From a virus, in IMG/VR virus record IMGVR_UViG_3300045988_121485: 59,523 nt of DNA. One strand, 5' to 3'. Positions within the stretch are counted from its first letter, which is position 1, and each line of letters opens with the position of its first letter. The notes under the pieces are model-generated. The model ran no database searches, was not told the DNA's origin, and saw only the letters and a list, made by a program, of their open reading frames with translations. This document shows, one piece after another, positions 53,451 through 59,523 of the stretch. A program made the position numbers and the translations under genes.

Positions 53451-53509
53451 TTTATTTGGTACTGAGTACGATTGGCAAAGGCAAAAGTACAACAAAAAAT
53501 TAAATTACT

Positions 53510-53806
53510 ATGTGTAAGTCAGAGATTTTTGCCGATATTCTAAATATTGTTGGAAAAGAAACTGAAGTTTCTACTGAATTGATCCTTTCATCAAGTAAAG
53601 TTACTGAAGTTGTTGACGCCCGTTCTATTGTAGTATTCTTCCTCACTGAATACGGGCTATACCCTGAACAAATAGCGACTTTGCTTCACAAGACATCCGC
53701 TAGTATCCGTTATCTTATATCTACTTTTGAAAGCCGTAAACTGGCAAACAAAATGATTGCAATATATCTGCAAAATATTCGCAAATCGCTTGAAAATGAG
53801 CTCTGA
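53510..53806 (+). CDS. DnaA-C-terminal-like HTH protein
   Basis: VDARSIVVFFLTEYGLYPEQIATLLHKTSASIRYLISTFE resembles the DnaA domain IV layout; weak. Confidence 0.35.
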   Translation: MCKSEIFADILNIVGKETEVSTELILSSSKVTEVVDARSIVVFFLTEYGLYPEQIATLLHKTSASIRYLISTFESRKLANKMIAIYLQNIRKSLENEL

Positions 53807-53875
53807 TTTACCGTATTTCTATTATATACTTTTGTGATGCGGTTAATATTGACCGTGTTATAATTGTATATCAAT

Positions 53876-54853
53876 ATGAGTGAAACAAAGACTTACGTTT
53901 TCCCGGAGTCAGGCGGGAACGGTGGCGGTAGTGGAATGATGGCCATGCTGGCTCCTCTATTGCAGCAGAAAGGAATTGATCCGAACTTGTTGGTAGCTAT
54001 GAATGGCAAGAACAACAATAGCGGCTTCGGTGGGGAAGGATCATGGTTTATATGGGTGATTTTTTTGTTTTTCCTTATGGGATGGGGAAACAATGGAAAT
54101 GGATGGGGAAACAATGGCGGCGGCAACAACGCAGGCGGAATCCCTAATCTTATCAACAACGATGCAGGAAGGGAGTTGCTTATGAGTGCTATTCAGGGAA
54201 ATGGTCAGGCTATCAATACGCTGGCTACCAATTTGAATTGCTCTGTAGGGCAAATTCAACAGTCTATCAACAGCGTCATGACGCAGATTCAGGGAGTAGG
54301 CAACCAAATCGGGATGTCTTCACAGCAGATTATCAACTCCGTGCAAGCTGGTAACTGTCAAATAGCACAAGCAATCGCAGACTGTTGCTGCAAGACGCAG
54401 AATGCTATTACTACGCAAGGCTATGAAAGTCAGTTGGCTATCTGCAACCAGACTAATACCTTGGTGAACACGGCCAACCAGAACACCCTGTCATTACGTG
54501 ACGGAGCAACCGCAAATACAAATGCTATTTTGGGGAAACTGGATGCAATGCAGAATCAGGCCTTACTGGACAAGATCGATGCGCTTCGTGAGGCTAAATC
54601 AGCTTTGCAAACTCAGTTATCACAGGAACATCAAACATCGACATTCGGGCAAATGATTGGTCAGGCAACAGCTCCTCTGGGTGCTGCTTTAGGTGATCTC
54701 AGTTCGCGCCTGGCAAAAATCGAGTGTAAACAACCAGAGACTGTTACTGTTCCTTACAGTCCTATTGCGGCAGTTCCCAACTGTGTAGCATACCAATACG
54801 GCTTGTATGGTGGTTTCAATCCTTACGCTGCCGGTAATGGCTTTTGGGGTTAA
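53876..54853 (+). CDS. Gly/Asn/Gln-rich single-pass membrane protein, unknown function
   Basis: TM WFIWVIFLFFLMGW flanked by GGNGGGSG and GWGNNGNGWGNNGGGNN; long N/Q-rich region with CCC; Gly/aromatic C-terminus. Confidence 0.5.
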   Translation: MSETKTYVFPESGGNGGGSGMMAMLAPLLQQKGIDPNLLVAMNGKNNNSGFGGEGSWFIWVIFLFFLMGWGNNGNGWGNNGGGNNAGGIPNLINNDAGRELLMSAIQGNGQAINTLATNLNCSVGQIQQSINSVMTQIQGVGNQIGMSSQQIINSVQAGNCQIAQAIADCCCKTQNAITTQGYESQLAICNQTNTLVNTANQNTLSLRDGATANTNAILGKLDAMQNQALLDKIDALREAKSALQTQLSQEHQTSTFGQMIGQATAPLGAALGDLSSRLAKIECKQPETVTVPYSPIAAVPNCVAYQYGLYGGFNPYAAGNGFWG

Positions 54854-54871
54854 TAGAGGAAGGAGGCTATT

Positions 54872-55213
54872 ATGGCAGTATATCCTTTCCAATTTGTAAA
54901 CCGTAGGGGTTCTGCGGCTATATCAACCTCGGGAGTAACGGTCAATACTGCTAATGTGGTGTTTTCCTTTCCCAACCACGCCTTTGTTAACGCATGGTAT
55001 AGAGGGACAATATACATCGACATTGCCCAAGCGGTACCTACCGGAACAACCGGCACGCTTCCTGTTCTGTTTGAGACCAATGGAGCTACCCAGGCGGTCA
55101 CTAAATATAATGGAGAAGCTCTGACTGCGGCAGACATTCCCGGTACTGGTGTGTATGAGTTCTGGTTTGACCGTGCTACCAACACGTTGCAGATTATGAC
55201 CGGAGTAGTTTAA
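54872..55213 (+). CDS. Small beta-rich protein, unknown function
   Basis: 113 aa, AGGAGG upstream; preferred over two overlapping antisense ORFs by operon direction. Confidence 0.45.
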   Translation: MAVYPFQFVNRRGSAAISTSGVTVNTANVVFSFPNHAFVNAWYRGTIYIDIAQAVPTGTTGTLPVLFETNGATQAVTKYNGEALTAADIPGTGVYEFWFDRATNTLQIMTGVV

Positions 55214-55262
55214 AAACAACAATGGGCGGGAGCAATCCCGCTCCTTAAAGAGTTAATTAATT

Positions 55263-55796
55263 ATGCCTTTTCAGAATTTAAGAACAAACAGCGAGTTCTT
55301 TGTCCTTCATAGGGACGGTACTCCATATATAGAAGTAGGATCTGTAGCCGGGGTTTCCAATCCTGTGCCGGAGTTTATGCAACAACCTCTTCCCTATGGG
55401 CAGCCCCCGAGAATGGTGGTTGATATAACAATCAAGGTCGGGGAGCAGACGGTGACTTTCCAAAAGATACCGGCAATGTCTGACATTGCTGATGCAAACT
55501 TTCCCGGAGGTGGGAATATGGTAATATCCGGCTCAAGGGAATCGATGAATGCGGAAGTTGCCGCCATGCGCAACCGCTCTTCGGAGATATTGGGCAGTGT
55601 TGATCATCATCGTTCCGTCATAGAGTCATGCGACAAGATGCTTCAGGTCCTTAATCCTGAATTTGCAGAACGCCAGCGTCAGGAAGCGGAAAATAAAGCG
55701 CTTCGGCAAGAACTTAGCGAATTGAAGGCTATGATGGCTGATTTCTTCAAGTCTTCTGAAAAGACATCTGGTAGTAACAATTCTAAAAAACAATAG
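55263..55796 (+). CDS. Hypothetical protein with C-terminal coiled coil
   Basis: 177 aa; ...RQRQEAENKALRQELSELKAMM. Confidence 0.45.
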   Translation: MPFQNLRTNSEFFVLHRDGTPYIEVGSVAGVSNPVPEFMQQPLPYGQPPRMVVDITIKVGEQTVTFQKIPAMSDIADANFPGGGNMVISGSRESMNAEVAAMRNRSSEILGSVDHHRSVIESCDKMLQVLNPEFAERQRQEAENKALRQELSELKAMMADFFKSSEKTSGSNNSKKQ

Positions 55797-55797
55797 T

Positions 55798-56067
55798 ATG
55801 ATGATGATTGAGATTTCCGAGAGCAAGGTCGAGAAAATGTCCGACTACGCTGAAAAGATGCTTAAATACGGTGGTAAGCTGATGCAATGCATCGAAGAAT
55901 TATCCGGTGGTGAAAGCATGGGAAGACGTGAACGTTATTATGACGATGACGACGACCGCTATGACGAGATGGGTGAACGTGGTGATTATGGTGGCGGTTC
56001 CGGTCGTGGCGGCTATGGCGAAAGACGCGGCGTACGTGGTACAGGACGCTATTCCCGTTATCGTTAA
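55798..56067 (+). CDS. Small protein with D-run and RGG/YGG-rich tail
   Basis: RRERYYDDDDDRYDEMGERGDYGGGSGRGGYGERRGVRGTGRYSRYR. Confidence 0.45.
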   Translation: MMMIEISESKVEKMSDYAEKMLKYGGKLMQCIEELSGGESMGRRERYYDDDDDRYDEMGERGDYGGGSGRGGYGERRGVRGTGRYSRYR

Positions 56068-56117
56068 TGTTTAATTAGGGGGTGGATCATTTCTACTCCC
56101 TATAACTTTATTTAATC

Positions 56118-56540
56118 ATGAGGAGAGAACCTTTGGATATAAGAGATAGAAGACCGGAAGAAATGGAAGCTTACTTGTCTAACTTCGGCTGGCATTTCAA
56201 CAAGAAAATGTGCGAGTTTGCAGTGTCGCTCATGAAAAAGCTTAATCCTTCTACCGGTAAAAAAGAGCGGATTGAACCGATATCGAAAGAGAAAGTAGAT
56301 GAGTTGCTTACCCGCTATGGCATAAAGCTTGAAAATAATGCGCTATATGATTATGTTTATGTAGCCAACATGGGTAAGGCAGATTATCTGAAGTCATCTA
56401 TTCCCGACGAAGCGCATTTGGCTCTTTATATAAAGGATACAATTGATGACCCTGATGCTCCTGACGGGGCAACGATGAGAAGATGGTATGCGACAATGAT
56501 TGCTGCCGGAGAACCTATTGAATGGGACGAAATGCTTTGA
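56118..56540 (+). CDS. Hypothetical protein
   Basis: 140-aa ORF. Confidence 0.45.
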   Translation: MRREPLDIRDRRPEEMEAYLSNFGWHFNKKMCEFAVSLMKKLNPSTGKKERIEPISKEKVDELLTRYGIKLENNALYDYVYVANMGKADYLKSSIPDEAHLALYIKDTIDDPDAPDGATMRRWYATMIAAGEPIEWDEML

Positions 56541-56543
56541 TGA

Positions 56544-56978
56544 ATGATACGACAACGGTTTGCATTACCCAAGTATGAATGGAGCTGCATGGTATATTAT
56601 GCAGTAGATACATATTATACAGAGGAAATACTGGATAATATGCATTCCATCGGTTGCGACGGTGATATGCTTCGTACTGCGTATGAGAATATTAGCTCCG
56701 GCAATTTGAATACCGGAGTTACTTATTCCAACTTCGGCACCCGGGAAACAGTAATGGTCATTGCCCTTACTTCGTCCCCAAAGGAATTTGCCAAGTCTTG
56801 GCGGCATGAATGCGGGCACATGGCTACTCATATTTGCCAGGCGTTCGGTATAGACCCTTACGGGGAGGAAATTCAGTATATCGGAGATGATATCATCGAA
56901 AAGACATGGGAGTATGCTAAGACATTGCTATGTGAGTGTGACTGCTGTAAAAACAAGGTCAAACATTTAATACGCTAA
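56544..56978 (+). CDS. Small putative zinc metalloprotease-like protein (HExxH)
   Basis: WRHECGHMATH contains H-E-x-x-H; C-terminal CECDCC. Confidence 0.4.
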   Translation: MIRQRFALPKYEWSCMVYYAVDTYYTEEILDNMHSIGCDGDMLRTAYENISSGNLNTGVTYSNFGTRETVMVIALTSSPKEFAKSWRHECGHMATHICQAFGIDPYGEEIQYIGDDIIEKTWEYAKTLLCECDCCKNKVKHLIR

Positions 56979-56981
56979 TCC

Positions 56982-57146
56982 ATGAAGAATAAAGAAATTA
57001 AGAAAGCATTAAAGAGTGATACGCCTATCAACAGTATGTATGCTCTTATTCCAGGCAATAGGTTGCAGGCTTTCAAAAAGTTTGCCTCCCGATTTGGATT
57101 TACTGAAGAACGAATAAAAACAGTGCTCGAAAATGAGAAACGATAA
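56982..57146 (+). CDS. Small ORF (54 aa, below the track cutoff)
   Basis: ATG 3 nt after the upstream stop; MKNKEIKKALKSDTPINSMYALIPGNRLQAFKKF... Confidence 0.3.
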   Translation: MKNKEIKKALKSDTPINSMYALIPGNRLQAFKKFASRFGFTEERIKTVLENEKR

Positions 57147-57390
57147 GCTGGACATATTGCTTGAACAGGCCGACGACCGGTATCACTCGGATTTCTGCCG
57201 GCTCCTGCTGGTGATGCTATGGAACGCCTAGAAAGGTGGTTGTATTGGCTGATTCCTCTTGCAATTATTGCAAGGGTTATATCTTTGTGTGTATAATTGA
57301 TATTGTAACTTGATGAGTGTAAAACATATAAAATAATCTATTTTTTATTGCAATTTATCTTCTACCTTTTGCAGATACAAATTAAATTCA

Positions 57391-57475
57391 TACATTTGCA
57401 GCACATGATTATGCCTTTGGCTTACGTTTGTCCCCCTCTTGATAATGGGCATGCCTAACCAAAGGCCATTTTTTT
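57391..57475 (+). promoter_or_regulatory. -7 box TACATTTG plus leader carrying a terminator-like hairpin before the NYN gene
   Basis: GCCTTTGG 57413..57420 pairs with CCAAAGGC 57459..57466, followed by T7; alternative pairing ATGCC 57410..57414 with GGCAT 57448..57452. Confidence 0.45.
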
Positions 57476-57480
57476 ATTTT

Positions 57481-58188
57481 ATGAAAACTCGTCCAAATAC
57501 ATCGTACACAGAAACCCCTATAAGAGTTGCCATATTAATTGATGGTGGGTATTTTATAAAACGCTATAATGCAATGTATAATAAGTCCGGCAAAAAGACA
57601 GCATTAACTATTGCCAATGATTTATATACTATATCCCATTCTCATGTAGGGAAAAATAATTATTTATATCGCATTTTTTATTATGATTGTGTACCATTCG
57701 CCAAAAAGATACATAATCCTGTCTCTAATAAATGCATAGACTTTTCTAAAACAGAAGAGGCTATCCGCAGAAGTGAGTTAATAAACGAACTTAAGAAAAA
57801 GAGAAAAGTCGCTCTGCGTCTAGGTAATATTAAGGAAAGCAAAAGATGGCTTTTCTATGATAACACAATGAGAAAATTATTAAAGAAAGAGATTTCTCTT
57901 GATGACATTAATGCGGATGACGTATATTATGAATTGCGTCAAAAGGGGATTGATATGAAAATTGGTGTTGACATCGCTTCTTTATCTTTAAAAGGTTTTG
58001 TAGATAAAATCGTTCTTATTTCTGGAGATTCAGATTTTGTCCCTGCTGCAAAATTGGCTAGACGTGAAGGGATTGATTTTGTTCTTGATCCTATGCATTG
58101 CGAACATATCGAAAATGATCTATATGAACATATTGATGGATTAAAAAGTATACCTTTATATCATCAGAAAGATGCAAAGAAAAAATAG
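57481..58188 (+). CDS. NYN-domain (LabA/DUF88-like) putative RNase
   Basis: RVAILIDGGYF...GIDMKIGVDI...IVLISGDSDFVPAAKLARREG; start at ATG 57481, after the leader terminator (track TTG 57439). Confidence 0.7.
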   Translation: MKTRPNTSYTETPIRVAILIDGGYFIKRYNAMYNKSGKKTALTIANDLYTISHSHVGKNNYLYRIFYYDCVPFAKKIHNPVSNKCIDFSKTEEAIRRSELINELKKKRKVALRLGNIKESKRWLFYDNTMRKLLKKEISLDDINADDVYYELRQKGIDMKIGVDIASLSLKGFVDKIVLISGDSDFVPAAKLARREGIDFVLDPMHCEHIENDLYEHIDGLKSIPLYHQKDAKKK

Positions 58189-58226
58189 CTCCTTTCCATT
58201 TATAACGCCTCTTTTAAAATGGAATC

Positions 58227-58255
58227 GCCCGGTATACAACATGCCGGGCTTTTTT
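58227..58255 (+). terminator. Intrinsic terminator after the NYN gene
   Basis: GCCCGG...CCGGGC followed by TTTTTT. Confidence 0.7.
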
Positions 58256-58268
58256 ATATCCAAATGTT

Positions 58269-58336
58269 AAAGTTTGATATAATCGAAACTTTTTAGCCTT
58301 AAAAGTTTGATATTACAAAAACTATTCGTATCTTTG
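58269..58336 (+). promoter_or_regulatory. Direct repeats AAAGTTTGATAT x2 and -7 box TATCTTTG
   Basis: Repeats at 58269..58280 and 58302..58313; the first lies in the dyad AAAGTTT-N10-AAACTTT; -7 box 58329..58336. Confidence 0.45.
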
Positions 58337-58383
58337 TAGCATCAAAATAAGAAACAAAGTATCAACAACTAAATAATAAAGAT

Positions 58384-58557
58384 ATGAAAACAATTATAGA
58401 AAAAACAGTAGAAGGCTTTGAGAACGCGATAATCAGCGAGAATGAAGAAAGCTGGTTTGTTGATCTCCGTACAGGTTTTGGAGAGGCTGAATACCCTAAA
58501 TGCGACTTTACATTAGACCAAGCTATTGAAGATCAAATTAATTGGAAAATGGAATGA
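58384..58557 (+). CDS. Small acidic ORF (57 aa, below the track cutoff)
   Basis: MKTIIEKTVEGFENAIISENEESWFVDLRTGFGEAEYPKCDF...; stop overlaps the next start. Confidence 0.4.
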   Translation: MKTIIEKTVEGFENAIISENEESWFVDLRTGFGEAEYPKCDFTLDQAIEDQINWKME

Positions 58558-58742
58558 TGATACTGGAAACAGTCAAAGAGGCAATGAAGCTCCGCAATGT
58601 CAAATCGAAAGACCTTGCAGAGTATGTAGAAGTAACAAAGAGTACCATGTCCTTGTTTCTTAACGGAAAAACGAATTTAGGACAAGAGAAGATTGAAAAG
58701 ATCCTGGACTTTTTGAATATAAAGCTAGTAATAACTCAGTAA
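58554..58742 (+). CDS. Small XRE-family HTH protein
   Basis: VKSKDLAEYVEVTKSTMSLFLNGKTNLGQEKIEKIL; ATG 58554 preferred over TTG 58542. Confidence 0.65.
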   Translation: MMILETVKEAMKLRNVKSKDLAEYVEVTKSTMSLFLNGKTNLGQEKIEKILDFLNIKLVITQ

Positions 58743-58743
58743 T

Positions 58744-59115
58744 ATGGAAATAAGAGGTACAATATTTAGAAGTATTGATTTAACTCCAGTAATTGAAAAT
58801 GGCAAGAATGTTGGATATACTGCTTCAAATATAAGTTTTTTTTCCGAAAAAATATTTGATTACTCAACAATGACCAATCGTTATATCGGGCCTCAATATT
58901 TAACCTTTTCAAGCAAGGTTAATGCGGTTGATGATATTCAGGCGGGTGATAGTGTTGATGTCTGTCAATGTTCAAACAGAAATTGGGTCGGGAAAACAGG
59001 AACTGTAAAGATCATAGGACAGCATTCAATAAAATGCCTTCATCGATACGTAGTAGTATTAGATATTGACGGAGAGTCTATCGGTCTAGAAATTCATTCA
59101 AATGAACAAAGTTAA
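58744..59115 (+). CDS. Hypothetical protein
   Basis: 123-aa ORF, 1-nt spacing. Confidence 0.4.
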   Translation: MEIRGTIFRSIDLTPVIENGKNVGYTASNISFFSEKIFDYSTMTNRYIGPQYLTFSSKVNAVDDIQAGDSVDVCQCSNRNWVGKTGTVKIIGQHSIKCLHRYVVVLDIDGESIGLEIHSNEQS

Positions 59116-59374
59116 AAGCACTATGGCGGAAGAGAATAAATACGACCAAGAATCGATCAGAGAGCTGCTCTCATGGGCGCAGAATACATTAAATAACAAG
59201 ACCTACCCGGAAGGAGAGTTGGTCCTGGACAAATGCATCAAAGTAATAGACTGCAAAAGTCATATAGAGGCAATGATCCAAATGATCTCTAAGAACTGGG
59301 AGAATCCGACGTTTTACCCGACGATTGACATGTTCCGGAAATTTAGAGAGAAATTGGAAGAAGTAGCCAAATAA
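59102..59374 (+). CDS. Hypothetical protein
   Basis: 90-aa ORF, last gene before attR. Confidence 0.4.
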   Translation: MNKVKSTMAEENKYDQESIRELLSWAQNTLNNKTYPEGELVLDKCIKVIDCKSHIEAMIQMISKNWENPTFYPTIDMFRKFREKLEEVAK

Positions 59375-59394
59375 GCAAATAATTAGAGGAGTGT

Positions 59395-59414
59395 ATTGCA
59401 AATAAATTGCAAAT
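59395..59414 (+). promoter_or_regulatory. Candidate arm-type site ATTGCAAATAAATTGCAAAT (right copy)
   Basis: Identical to 154..173. Confidence 0.5.
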
Positions 59415-59471
59415 AACTAAGCATTCGATCATAAACACCTATATATAAGCGTGTTAATTGATTAAAAATAC

Positions 59472-59523
59472 AGCTTCCCAAGCTAAGGGTCACGAGTTCG
59501 AGTCTCGCTTACCGCTCCACTGA
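59472..59523. repeat. attR core (displaced copy of the tRNA 3' end, truncated by window edge)
   Basis: 52/52 identity with 1..52. Confidence 0.9.

Larger units (their letters stand above)
1..59523. mobile_element. Complete integrated siphovirus-like prophage bounded by identical att core repeats
   Basis: Identical 52-nt sequence at 1..52 and 59472..59523; integrase adjacent to left repeat; lysogeny, replication, packaging, head, tail and lysis modules lie in between. Confidence 0.9.

Noticed and set aside
53113-53509. Internal tRNA or tmRNA gene
   Set aside because: I could fold no cloverleaf with a T-loop (GTTCRA) and matching acceptor stem. The hairpins here are simple stem-loops.
54850-55222. 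Two minus-strand ORFs overlapping 54872..55213
   Set aside because: The plus-strand ORF fits the operon direction, has an AGGAGG box before its ATG and has tight spacing to its neighbours. The antisense ORFs have none of these.
57439-57480. TTG-initiated extension of the NYN ORF
   Set aside because: The extension is translated from the terminator hairpin and T run of the leader. ATG 57481 follows it directly.

Overview
The window is one complete integrated temperate siphovirus-like prophage of about 59.4 kb. It is bounded by identical 52-bp direct repeats (1..52 and 59472..59523) that are the 3' part of a + strand, long-variable-arm tRNA gene. Bacteroidetes-type TAnnTTTG -7 boxes, the integrase type, and DUF4494, DUF3127 and BACON-like proteins all point to a Bacteroidales host.

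Layout:
- 0.2-3 kb: integrase, divergent repressor/Cro-like switch, Xis-like gene.
- 3-14 kb: early region of small genes, including NinG, a Rep_trans-like initiator, DUF3127, a radical SAM protein and YopX.
- 14.3-23.5 kb: terS, terL, portal, S78 protease, HK97-type capsid, connectors, putative tail tube.
- 23.5-31.7 kb: an accessory island that splits the morphogenesis genes. It holds a minus-strand antirepressor block with duplicated promoter cassettes, two XRE-Zn-ribbon paralogues, a multidomain HNH protein, a frameshifted beta-barrel gene with A8 tracts, a lipoprotein and a HigBA-like toxin-antitoxin (TA) pair.
- 31.8-46.4 kb: tape measure, an AntA-type accessory gene, tail and collagen-like fibre genes, BACON-like proteins.
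- 46.4-48.7 kb: lysis cassette with one antisense membrane gene.
- 48.9-52.3 kb: LamG-like and repeat-containing fibre-like proteins.
- 53.5-59.4 kb: cargo next to attR. This is an unrecognisable 7-8 gene module, a NYN-domain gene with a terminator-bearing leader, and a small HTH-containing operon.

The most interesting non-annotated signal is a family of leader stem-loops at the heads of late transcription units. Their loops are conserved (TCAAGTGG or TGAAGNNG) and their stems covary.

All functional calls rest on reading motifs by eye. No database search was run, and many starts are approximate.
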